Shown here one piece after another: positions 1-8,642 of a stretch of 62,496 nt of DNA; the stretch's first letter is position 1; the number at the start of each line of letters is the position of its first letter. The notes below the pieces were generated by a model. The model saw nothing but the letters and a program-made list of their open reading frames with translations, did not search any database and was not told where the DNA came from. The stretch is from Myxococcota bacterium (GTDB lineage: Bacteria > Myxococcota_A > Polyangia > Polyangiales > JBCCZL01): the NCBI GenBank assembly GCA_039187775.1, contig JBCCZL010000001.1:1-62496 (forward strand), read 5' to 3'. Both the position numbers and the translations under genes were made by a program.

Positions 1-567
1 GCCGTCGCTGGTCACTTCGAAGCCGCGTTCGTCGACGGTGCGGAGGACTCGCTCCATGTCGGTGCCCGGATGGACGCAGACCCACCGATGCTGGGCAATG
101 TCGTAAAAGAAGAGGTCGTCGTTGTAGAACTCTCGACCCATGCGCTCGGTGGTCGCGCCATGCACGCCTTCGCCGTAGATGAAGGCGCCGTGAAGCTCCG
201 GCGCCGCGACCATCTCGTTGGAGTAGGCCCGCCCGGGGGCGACGCCCCACTCCGGATCGGGCTCGGGGCGACCCAGGTTGAGAAACTCGCCCGGGGGAAG
301 ATCGCGAATCATCTGCACGGTGGGGCCGTCGGCGGCGGGCAGTCCACGGAGGGGGCCGTCGACGATCGCCTCGGGGGGCGCGGCGTCAGGGACCGAAGCA
401 TCTGAGATCGCCGCGTCCGAGCTTGGTGTTTCACGATCGGCAAGCGGCGCGTCCGGGGTAGGCCGTGCGTCGGCGGCTTCGGTGCCATCCGCGGTCCCGG
501 TGCAGCTCCAAAGCCCCCCCACGCTTGCGCACAGCGCCGCGCAGATCATCCGATGCCTCGTTTCCAT
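1..567 (-). CDS. putative secreted lipoprotein, C-terminal part cut by the window edge
   Basis: Absent from the ORF track because no stop lies inside the window. Manual reverse-complement translation from ATG 567..565 is open for all 189 codons down to base 1 (METRHRMICAALCASVGGLWSCTGTADG...YSNEMVAAPELHGAFIYGEGVHG...). GGAGGAG lies immediately upstream, and LWSC is lipobox-like. Confidence 0.55.
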   Translation of the reverse strand, partial: METRHRMICAALCASVGGLWSCTGTADGTEAADARPTPDAPLADRETPSSDAAISDASVPDAAPPEAIVDGPLRGLPAADGPTVQMIRDLPPGEFLNLGRPEPDPEWGVAPGRAYSNEMVAAPELHGAFIYGEGVHGATTERMGREFYNDDLFFYDIAQHRWVCVHPGTDMERVLRTVDERGFEVTSDG

Positions 568-690
568 CGCTCCTCCAAACGCTCGCGGCGACGGCCGCGG
601 CGGTCTCATCAAGCCACGTCCGGCGTTACAAGATTCGCGCGCAGTAGTGGCACGCCGAATCGGTAATTCGGTTTCGCATACGGTCAACGC

Positions 691-1704
691 ATGCAACGCA
701 AGCGCGCCCCCGAACTGCTCACCGGTTGTTTCCTGTGGGCGGCTCTTTTGTTGTTCGGCTGTGTCGGAACGTCGAAGGAGCCGGGCTCCCCGCCCTCGAA
801 TGAGCCGCCCCCGAACGGCCTCGACCCGGACACGCCACCGCAGGATCTGACGGCCTGCGAGGAGGAATCGTGGCCGGTCTTTGTCGCAATGAGCCGCGAC
901 TGTGGAGGGTGCCACGGGGAGAACACGGCGGTGCCGTTTGCGGTGGATGTCGCGTCCTTCGAGGCGCTCATCGCGAACGATTCTCGTTTCTTCGTGCCCG
1001 GCGAGCCCGACGCGAGCGGTCTCATCGCATTGCTCGAGGGAACCGCGGAGGGGGTGTACCGGCAGATGCCGCCGGGCCAACTCAACTATCAAGAGCTCGA
1101 GGGGATGGGACAAACCACGACGTCGATGGCGACGATCCGTTCGTGGATCACGAGCCACACGCCGTGCGAAGGAACGGGTTCGGCGGCTCCTCCACACGCC
1201 CGACGGGTCGCGACGCACGCGCTCATCGCCAGCATTGCGGTCCACCTTGGGTTCGAAGCGGAAGCGATCGCGGACGATCGGGATTGGGGAGTGCACGAAC
1301 CGCTCGATTCCCCGGGTCGCGGCGACGCGGTGGCCCGGTGGCGTGCGCTCGGTGGCGCGCACCACCTCGAGGGAATCGGCGAGTCGATCGAACCCGGGTC
1401 GGAGTTCATGCAGAACTATGTCCCGCTATCCCAAGCGTGGTGCCGCCGTGCAGTCTCCGCGCGATCGTCCGCGCTCTTCGGGGGACGCGATCCGCGCGAG
1501 CTCGGCTCGGCCGACGACCCGGCGGTTCGCGACTTGATTCGCGATTGGTATCTGCACTTCCTCGGGGTTCAGGCCACCGAGGCGGACGTCGACCGGACGA
1601 TCGCCGGCGTCTTTTCCCCCTACGAGGCCCGGGAGGATCGCGAGATCGCGTGGACCGCGGTCTGTTCGGCCTTTCTTCGCCACCCCCTTTATCTCACCTA
1701 CTGA
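691..1704 (+). CDS. lipoprotein with a single CxxCH haem-binding motif (Planctomycete-type cytochrome-like domain)
   Basis: Signal peptide plus lipobox (LLLFGC). CGGCH motif in the context CGGCHGENTAVPF...IALLEG. Sits 9 nt upstream of the DUF1501-like gene. Confidence 0.7.
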   Translation: MQRKRAPELLTGCFLWAALLLFGCVGTSKEPGSPPSNEPPPNGLDPDTPPQDLTACEEESWPVFVAMSRDCGGCHGENTAVPFAVDVASFEALIANDSRFFVPGEPDASGLIALLEGTAEGVYRQMPPGQLNYQELEGMGQTTTSMATIRSWITSHTPCEGTGSAAPPHARRVATHALIASIAVHLGFEAEAIADDRDWGVHEPLDSPGRGDAVARWRALGGAHHLEGIGESIEPGSEFMQNYVPLSQAWCRRAVSARSSALFGGRDPRELGSADDPAVRDLIRDWYLHFLGVQATEADVDRTIAGVFSPYEAREDREIAWTAVCSAFLRHPLYLTY

Positions 1705-1713
1705 CGGAGCGAC

Positions 1714-3312
1714 GTGATGAACCGCAAATGTACGAGACGCCAAGTCTTGCGCGCCGGCCTCGGTGCCAGCCAGGTCGCGCTTCTGGGTGCGGCCGGCGGC
1801 CTGCAGATGATGCGCCCCTCGCGGGCACGGGCCGCGCTCGGCGCCGGACCGAAACGCTTGCTCACGATCCACGTCCGCGGCGGATGGAGCAGCGAGATGT
1901 TCTTCTGTCCGCTGAGCCGAGACGATGTGAGGACTCGGTTTCCCGAGCCCGATACGTTCGATACCGAGCCCTCATTCTTCGAACCCGAGGTGTTGCAGAA
2001 CCTCGACGGCACGGGCGATGCCGAGGATCCGATGGACCCCACGCTGTCGCGGATACGCGTGCCGTGGATGTGGGATGAGGCAGCCCACGCTGCGGGCGAC
2101 CCGGGCGGGTCGGGATTCACTCCGCACGGATACGCGTGGCGGCATCACGCGCTCTACGAGAACGCGAGCGTGCTGCACGGGATCGACATGGGGACGGCGG
2201 CGCACAAGAGCGGTCGGATCTGTGCCTATTCCGGCAAGGCCGGACCGATCTTTACCGATCCGGCGATTCACGCGTTCGTGGCGGACGCTCTCCTCGACGC
2301 GTTTCCCCATCGCCCGCTCGGAGTGGTGAAGGTGGGCGCAGGGATGACGCCAAACCCGTTGGGGATCGCGACGGGTCGCCCGGTCGCGATGACGTCGCTT
2401 GGCTCGGTTCAGAACACGCTTTCCGAACGCGACAACGACGCGTGGGCGGGCCTTCGGGATCGCGCGCCTCGCCCGCACTCGGCGTTCGACGGCACGGCCG
2501 CGGGGGAGCTCCATGCCAACGACCTCGAGGCGTTTCTTCTTTCAGAGACGCAACGGCTGAACGGCCGCAGCAACCCCTCCACCACTCAGTTTTTCGAATC
2601 GCTCTACGGCACCACCGCGGGGATCTCCCGCACGCTTGCCCTCGATGTGGTCTCCCAGCTGGAGCAGACGACCGGCTTTCGTCCCGACGCTCCGATACCG
2701 CACTGGATTCCGAGCGCGACGGGGCCACTCGGGACACGCGTGGCGAGGACGCGGGAGATCGATAACGCGGGACTGCAGTGGCAGGACGAGTTCGACCTGG
2801 CTCTCCGGCTGATGAAGCGCGATGTCTGCAGCGCGATCAGTCTCGAGGTCCTTGGAGTCAATCGCTTCGTCTTCGACACCCACACCTCGGGGCCGCGACG
2901 ACAGTTCCTTCACGTTCGGCTGTTGCTCGACGTGCTGGGTCGGTTTCTCCACGAGATGAAGGTCAGCCCGGGGCCCGAGGGTGGTTCGCTCCTCGATGAA
3001 ACCCTCGTCTTGATCTTCAGCGAGTTCGGACGGACCTGGCCGCCCGCAAGCGATCACTGGCCGTTTCAGACGCTCGTGATGGCCGGGGGAAACGTGGTGC
3101 CGAACCGCATGATCGGAAACTACGAGTTTCCCACCATGGGTCGACGTCGGAGCGGGCTCGGCGCCCCGGTCCCAATGACCTTGGAAGACGGCTCCCGCGA
3201 GGCGCGGACGCCTCGGATGCGCGATGTGCACTACACCGCGCTTCACGCGATGGGTCTCGGCGAGACCTTTCTTCCGGGCGGGCCCGGGGTGATCGATGGA
3301 GTGTTGCCATGA
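1714..3312 (+). CDS. DUF1501-family protein with a Tat-type signal
   Basis: N-terminus RRQVLRAGLGASQVALLGAAGG is twin-arginine-like. LIFSEFGRTWPPASDHWP matches the SEFGRT...DHW signature I associate with DUF1501. The start could be GTG 1714 or ATG 1717. Confidence 0.8.
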   Translation: MMNRKCTRRQVLRAGLGASQVALLGAAGGLQMMRPSRARAALGAGPKRLLTIHVRGGWSSEMFFCPLSRDDVRTRFPEPDTFDTEPSFFEPEVLQNLDGTGDAEDPMDPTLSRIRVPWMWDEAAHAAGDPGGSGFTPHGYAWRHHALYENASVLHGIDMGTAAHKSGRICAYSGKAGPIFTDPAIHAFVADALLDAFPHRPLGVVKVGAGMTPNPLGIATGRPVAMTSLGSVQNTLSERDNDAWAGLRDRAPRPHSAFDGTAAGELHANDLEAFLLSETQRLNGRSNPSTTQFFESLYGTTAGISRTLALDVVSQLEQTTGFRPDAPIPHWIPSATGPLGTRVARTREIDNAGLQWQDEFDLALRLMKRDVCSAISLEVLGVNRFVFDTHTSGPRRQFLHVRLLLDVLGRFLHEMKVSPGPEGGSLLDETLVLIFSEFGRTWPPASDHWPFQTLVMAGGNVVPNRMIGNYEFPTMGRRRSGLGAPVPMTLEDGSREARTPRMRDVHYTALHAMGLGETFLPGGPGVIDGVLP

Positions 3313-5027
3313 CCCACCGTTTTTTGTGCCAGGCTTCGTGTGTTCTCCTGCTCGCCGCGGTGAGCGCGTCCCCGGAGCTCTGCACTCCGTCGGCCGCCAT
3401 CGCGCAATCCGACACGCCATCCCAAACCCCGTCGGAAACCCCATCCGAAACCCTTAGCGCGACCCGGCTTCTCCGACGGCTACAGCTGACGCTGACCGGA
3501 CGGGCCCCGACGCGGGCGGAGTACGAGTCGATCGTCGGACTGCCGGAGCAAGCGCAGTACGACGCGGTGTGGCAGCAAGCCGACGAGTGGATGGCGTCCT
3601 CGGAGTTTGAAGGCGAGGTGCATCGCTGGGCCCGGGAGTATCTCAACCTCGGGTCGTATCCGCGCGGCAACGGATGCTGCGGCGTCTACTACATTGGGCA
3701 CGCGTCGACGATTCGCCGGTGCGCCGACGGAACCCGACATGCGGGCGCGCTGACGCTGAGCGGTGAAACGAGTCTGTGCGACGATGGCGGCGCAAGCGCG
3801 AGCAATGTGGAGCCGTGGTGGGAGCCGGGGGGACGGGAACGCGTGCTCGGCACCGCGGGCAACCAAGCGCGCACGAACGCGGCGGGCGAGGACTGCGGCA
3901 TCCTGCGCGAAGAAAACGGCCAGAACAACGAGCCCACCCACGCAGGATGCGGCTGTGGACCGAATCTCATTTACTGCGCGCGAGGCGGCCACGGCCAAAA
4001 CCCGAGCAATCAGTTCAATGGGATTGCGGAGGTGAGCCAGTACGACCCTCGGGCGATCCGCCGGTCCGCGTTCGAAGAACCGGCGCGGCTTCTGGCGCAC
4101 ATCGTGCTCAACGATCGCCCATTCAGCGATTTGGTCGCGGGCAACTACACGGTCGTGAACCGAGGGCTCCACTTCCAGTACGTGCGACACGCGCGTCAGG
4201 ACTCGGGCACGCGAAGTCTCGACGACACCGACTGGTGGCGTCGCTTCGATGACCCGACGTCGTGGCTGGAGACGCCGTTTTCGGAGCTCAACCCTCGCCT
4301 CCTCGACGCCCGAGACACACGGTTCGACCCCGCCACCGACGCGGGGGAGCCCGCGGGCATCCCGTCGGCCGGGGTGTTCTCGACCCTCGTGGGCAATTCC
4401 TATTACGACCGCGAGCGGGTGCGCGCCGCGCGGTGGCTCGAGACGTTCGCATGCCGTGACTTCTTCCCGCCGCCCGAAGGAATCGAGTTCAACGAATATG
4501 AACGGGACCCGGCTACCGAAGGGGAATGCCAACACTGCCATCAAGTGATCGATCCCGCGGCGATCTACTTCAAGCGCACCTTTCATTGGGGAGGCTTGGT
4601 CGCGGGAATCGGTTCGCACCGCATCGAAACGCTTCGAGAGAATCGATTTGAACGACTCTTTATTCGACGCGTCGAGCTCACGTTTGAACCCGACACGCTG
4701 CTCACGCCGGTCAGCGCAGAGGTCATCGCCCGCGACGAGAACGCTCGATTCGTGGATTTCCTCCCGGAGGGAACTCGGTTTCTCGGTGTCGCATCCGACG
4801 GCACGATCGGTCCGCTCGGCTTTGCCAAACACCTCGTGCAGGGAGGAGAGTTCGACCGATGTGCGGTGCGTCGCATCCACGAACGGTTCGGCGGCTGGAA
4901 CCCCACGCCCGGGGCCGAGGAGGGCTACATCCGGGAGCTCGTCGAGCACTTCACGAGTCACGACCGGAGCGTCCGGTCGCTCATCGCGCACATCCTTCGC
5001 ACCGACGGAGCGGGCCGTGGTCTCTGA
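3309..5027 (+). CDS. DUF1549/DUF1588-like protein with a CxxCH motif
   Basis: ATGA start/stop overlap with the DUF1501 gene (3309-3312). N-terminal signal peptide. LLRRLQLTLTGRAPTRAEYESIV resembles the DUF1549 opening motif. CQHCHQVIDP resembles the DUF1588-type CxxCH..DP motif. Confidence 0.75.
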   Translation: MTHRFLCQASCVLLLAAVSASPELCTPSAAIAQSDTPSQTPSETPSETLSATRLLRRLQLTLTGRAPTRAEYESIVGLPEQAQYDAVWQQADEWMASSEFEGEVHRWAREYLNLGSYPRGNGCCGVYYIGHASTIRRCADGTRHAGALTLSGETSLCDDGGASASNVEPWWEPGGRERVLGTAGNQARTNAAGEDCGILREENGQNNEPTHAGCGCGPNLIYCARGGHGQNPSNQFNGIAEVSQYDPRAIRRSAFEEPARLLAHIVLNDRPFSDLVAGNYTVVNRGLHFQYVRHARQDSGTRSLDDTDWWRRFDDPTSWLETPFSELNPRLLDARDTRFDPATDAGEPAGIPSAGVFSTLVGNSYYDRERVRAARWLETFACRDFFPPPEGIEFNEYERDPATEGECQHCHQVIDPAAIYFKRTFHWGGLVAGIGSHRIETLRENRFERLFIRRVELTFEPDTLLTPVSAEVIARDENARFVDFLPEGTRFLGVASDGTIGPLGFAKHLVQGGEFDRCAVRRIHERFGGWNPTPGAEEGYIRELVEHFTSHDRSVRSLIAHILRTDGAGRGL

Positions 5028-6261
5028 ACATCGAAGTTCGGTATGGACCCTCGCGCTCCTCGCCGGCGTCTGGGTCGGCTGTACCGAGAAGATGCCCGCG
5101 GCAGAGAGCGGCGTGCCCGAAGCAGGCGCTGAAGTCGACGGCGAAGTCGACGGAGGAGTGCCCGCTCCGGATGCCACGGTCCAGCCGGACGCGCTTGATT
5201 CCCGACCTTCGCCTTCGCCCGCGTACGACCGATACCTTCCGCAGCTCACCGCCGACGAGTGTGCCTTTGATGAGCCGTTTGAAAGCGCACTCGCAGAATC
5301 GGAGTTCCGTCGACGCGATGTGTGCGACGCGGGGTGTGAGTTCTCGAGCCTTGCCGACGCGATCGCGGCCGCGGAGCCCTACGACGACATTCGGCTCGCT
5401 CCTGGACTGCACTCCGCGTGCATCGACACCTCGGTGAGCCCGCTGATCATTCAGGGCGACGGAGATCTCGCGGTCATCGAGTCGAGCTGCGCCGATCCCG
5501 ACGCCGAGGTGCTGACATTTGGCTCGGAGTTTCTGGTGCTTCGGAATCTGCACCTTCGCGGAGACATCGAGGCGGTGGCACCTCTCGGCACCGGAGTGCG
5601 GCTCGGGTCGCGCCTGGTGGAGGCGCGGCTTCATCGAGTCTGGATCGAGGGATTTGGAACCGCGATCTCCGGCACTTCAAACGGACGACTTTGGTTGGAC
5701 CAGGTCAAAGTTCAGTACAGCGGGCGCTTCAACTACCGAACGACCCACCAAGCGAGTGTGCTCAATGTGTCGCCGCGCGACGGGTTGTGGATCTCGCGGA
5801 GTGTGTTTTCCCACTTTCGCGAGCGGGCGTGGTTGATGTCGAACCGCGAGACGCGTCGTGTGGAGTTCGTCTGCAATGTGATCGCCAAGGTTCTTCCCGA
5901 CAGCGGGAGCGATCATTCGTTTCACATCTTCCGGCATCCGGGGCCGTTTCGCTTCTATCGGAACTTCATCAACGAATCGCAGGGACGGCTCGTCATCTAC
6001 ATGTATCGACCAGGGCCGGGTTCGTCGTTGGACTTTGTCGACAATCAAATTCTCTTCGACCAGGAGCGCTCGACCGTGGCCAACGTTGGAGGGGAGATCC
6101 CGATTCGGTTCATTGGCAACCAGGTGATCGGAGAGGCCGAAGCTCTCGGTGGGGGCAATATTGTGGAGTCGAGCAACAACACCGTGTTCGAAACGCGCGC
6201 CGCGGCGGGAATCGGCCCGTTTCCCGCGCTCCCCGAAAGCTGGCCGATTGAGCGTTTATAA
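5017..6261 (+). CDS. right-handed parallel beta-helix repeat lipoprotein
   Basis: I trimmed track ORF 4648..6261 to the in-frame GTG at 5017 (VVSEHRSSVWTLALLAGVWVGC, lipobox). Upstream codons overlap the preceding gene. CEFSSLADAIAAAEPYDDIRLAPGLH and repetitive G/N-rich turns are typical of pectate-lyase-fold proteins. Confidence 0.65.
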   Translation: MVSEHRSSVWTLALLAGVWVGCTEKMPAAESGVPEAGAEVDGEVDGGVPAPDATVQPDALDSRPSPSPAYDRYLPQLTADECAFDEPFESALAESEFRRRDVCDAGCEFSSLADAIAAAEPYDDIRLAPGLHSACIDTSVSPLIIQGDGDLAVIESSCADPDAEVLTFGSEFLVLRNLHLRGDIEAVAPLGTGVRLGSRLVEARLHRVWIEGFGTAISGTSNGRLWLDQVKVQYSGRFNYRTTHQASVLNVSPRDGLWISRSVFSHFRERAWLMSNRETRRVEFVCNVIAKVLPDSGSDHSFHIFRHPGPFRFYRNFINESQGRLVIYMYRPGPGSSLDFVDNQILFDQERSTVANVGGEIPIRFIGNQVIGEAEALGGGNIVESSNNTVFETRAAAGIGPFPALPESWPIERL

Positions 6262-6337
6262 CGAGGGTGCGGCGCCGCACGCAGCCGCGGGGGTTCGACG
6301 AGCATCGCTTGGCTCGATCGCGTCGCCAGCGGTTGAT

Positions 6338-7672
6338 ATGGTGGAGCAAGTGGCGAGCGACTCTACCCCGCGCCCGAGTCTCATCTATCGGTCGATCCTG
6401 CCTTTGGCGGCCGGAGGCATGGGATCGGTAGAGGTCGCAGTGCGCACCAACGGGTCGTTCGAGCGCATGTACGCGGTCAAGCGCCTACACAACCATCTCG
6501 CGGACGATCCCGACTTCGTGGAGATGTTCTACGACGAGGCCCGCCTCGCCGGTCTCGTACGCCACGCCAACGTGGTGAGCGTCCTCGACGTGGGCCACGA
6601 CGAACGCGGCCCGTTCATGGCGATGGAGTACATCGAAGGGGTGTCGCTCCGCGAGCTGCTCGCGAAGGCGGCCACGGTCGACGAAGTGATGCCGGTGCAA
6701 CTCGCGGTGCGAATCATCCGCCAGTGTGCGGCGGGACTCTTTGCGGCGCACGAGACGACCACTTCCGGCGGCAAACGCGTCGAACTGATCCATCGAGACG
6801 TCTCGCCCCACAATATCTTGCTCGGGTTCGATGGCCTGGTCCGCATCACCGATTTTGGCATCGCCAAGGCGCTGGGACGATCGACCTTTACGAACGAAGG
6901 CGTGCTCAAGGGCAAGTTTGGCTACATGTCCCCCGAGCAGCTGCGCTTCGAGGCGATCGATCAGCGCTCGGATTTGTTCGCCCTCGGCGTCGTGTTTTTC
7001 GAAACCCTCACCGCGCGGCGCCTCTATCCGACGGGCCGCGACTCCGTACAGCACATCTTGAACGACCCCCCGCCCGACCTCGGCGATGAGCGAGATGACA
7101 TTCCCGACTCGCTGGTAGAGCTCTGCATCGAGCTGCTCGCCAAGGACCCGGACCAGCGACCCGCCGACGCAGGCGAGGTGGTGGCTCGCCTCGATGAGAT
7201 TCTCGAAGACCTGATCGTTCGCGAAGGCTCCCAAGACTTGGCGAGTTACCTCCGCGCGGTCTTTCCGAACCGTCAGCGAGACCACTCCCAAGTGCTCAGT
7301 GACGCACTGTCCGTCGCCACCGAGGGAGCGACCTCCGAGCTCCGAGTTGCTCACCCCCCGTCGGCTCGCCCGTGGCAGCTCCTCGCGATCGTCGCGATGA
7401 TGACAGCGGCGGCGCTCTTGGCGTGGAACCTGTCGAGCCCCGAACCCACTCCGGCGAGCTCTCCGGACAGCAAGCGACTTGCCGTGACCCCGGCCCCCGC
7501 CGAGGAACCCGGCTCCGCGCCCGAGGCGTCGAATCCGGGCGACGATCCATCCGTGGAGACGCGTCGCGCCCCGCGCAGATCCCCGACGCCGATGGCGCAG
7601 CGCGCCCCCTCGAGTCGGATGCGCACCCTTTGGGAACGCGACGGAACCCCTCGAGATCTGGGTATGCGCTGA
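6338..7672 (+). CDS. Ser/Thr protein kinase with a C-terminal transmembrane segment
   Basis: Kinase motifs present: GGMGSVEVAV, AVKRL, HRDVSPHNILL, DFGIAK and SPEQ. Start moved to ATG 6338 (MVEQVASD). Hydrophobic WQLLAIVAMMTAAALLAWNL lies near the C-terminus. Confidence 0.9.
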   Translation: MVEQVASDSTPRPSLIYRSILPLAAGGMGSVEVAVRTNGSFERMYAVKRLHNHLADDPDFVEMFYDEARLAGLVRHANVVSVLDVGHDERGPFMAMEYIEGVSLRELLAKAATVDEVMPVQLAVRIIRQCAAGLFAAHETTTSGGKRVELIHRDVSPHNILLGFDGLVRITDFGIAKALGRSTFTNEGVLKGKFGYMSPEQLRFEAIDQRSDLFALGVVFFETLTARRLYPTGRDSVQHILNDPPPDLGDERDDIPDSLVELCIELLAKDPDQRPADAGEVVARLDEILEDLIVREGSQDLASYLRAVFPNRQRDHSQVLSDALSVATEGATSELRVAHPPSARPWQLLAIVAMMTAAALLAWNLSSPEPTPASSPDSKRLAVTPAPAEEPGSAPEASNPGDDPSVETRRAPRRSPTPMAQRAPSSRMRTLWERDGTPRDLGMR

Positions 7673-7742
7673 ACTCGTAATGCGCCCGTGAGGTATTCTC
7701 TTCGGGCGGAGGTCAGCGATTCGTCGAGTCATCACGCTAGCA

Positions 7743-8642
7743 TTGGTGGGGCTGGGGTTCTGGGGGCCGAGCCCCACCCTCGCCCAGCCCGACGACGGGG
7801 ATGCGCTCTTCGAAGAAGCCATGCGCCTCTACGAGCAGGGGGATTTTCGGGAGGCGACAGCTCGGTTCGAAGACCTGGTCCGGGTCGACCCGTTTCCCGC
7901 CGCCTGTTTTAACCTCAACTCCTCGCGAGCGGGCCTCGGGGAGTACGTCCAGGCGCGAAACGGCTTCGATCAAATGCTCGACGGAGCCTGTGGGTCGCTC
8001 ACGGAATCCCAGCGCGCCGACATTCAGGCCGAACGGGCCGCTGTGGAAGCGCGAATTTCGAGAGTCGAGCTTCAAGTCGCGGGGGTCGACGCCGCCGATG
8101 TGTCGATCGATGGCCAGCCACGCATCCGCGTGCGCCGCGGGGAGCCCCTCGCCGTGGAGCTCAATTCGGGCCCGCACGTGGTCGAAGCCACCGCGCCCCG
8201 GCACGGGCCGATCGAGCATGCGATCGAGCTCGACTCGGGAGAAGCGCGGGTCCTTTCGCTGGAGCTTCGACCCGATCGGGAACCCGGCGTCCTCACGCTG
8301 GTCTGTGACGACGAGTTGGCGGAGCTGGAGCTCGTGGGGATCGCCACCGGCATCGGAAGGATCGTGGAGACCGTTCCGCCCGGTCGATACGAAGGCATCG
8401 CGCGCGCGAGTGGGGACACGACCTCGTCGGAGGTGGAAGTCCCGCCGGGCGAGGAAGTGACGTTGCGGCTTCCCGCCCCGGGTGAGAGCTTGTTTCAGAG
8501 CCCGTGGTTTTGGGTAGTGGGCGGAAGCATCCTCGTGCTCTTGGCCGGAGCCGCGATCGCGATCGGAGTCGCCGCGACCACGGATCGACAGCCCGAGAGC
8601 AGCCCCATCTGGGGCCTCCCATCTCCGCTGGGGACGCCATGA
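7743..8642 (+). CDS. TPR-like / PEGA-like membrane-anchored protein
   Basis: LFEEAMRLYEQGDFREATARFEDLV is TPR-like. Beta-rich repeats resemble PEGA domains. C-terminal TM segment WFWVVGGSILVLLAGAAIAIGVAA. Only a TTG/GTG start is available after the in-frame stop at 7689, so the start is uncertain. Confidence 0.65.
   Translation: MVGLGFWGPSPTLAQPDDGDALFEEAMRLYEQGDFREATARFEDLVRVDPFPAACFNLNSSRAGLGEYVQARNGFDQMLDGACGSLTESQRADIQAERAAVEARISRVELQVAGVDAADVSIDGQPRIRVRRGEPLAVELNSGPHVVEATAPRHGPIEHAIELDSGEARVLSLELRPDREPGVLTLVCDDELAELELVGIATGIGRIVETVPPGRYEGIARASGDTTSSEVEVPPGEEVTLRLPAPGESLFQSPWFWVVGGSILVLLAGAAIAIGVAATTDRQPESSPIWGLPSPLGTP

Noticed and set aside
870-2078. A 402-codon plus-strand ORF spanning two genes
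   Set aside because: It is an alternative frame of the 691..1704 and 1714..3312 genes, extremely Arg-rich with no motifs.
4648-5016. A long 5' extension of the beta-helix lipoprotein ORF
   Set aside because: It overlaps the well-supported DUF1588-like gene. A GTG at 5017 immediately precedes a signal peptide plus lipobox.
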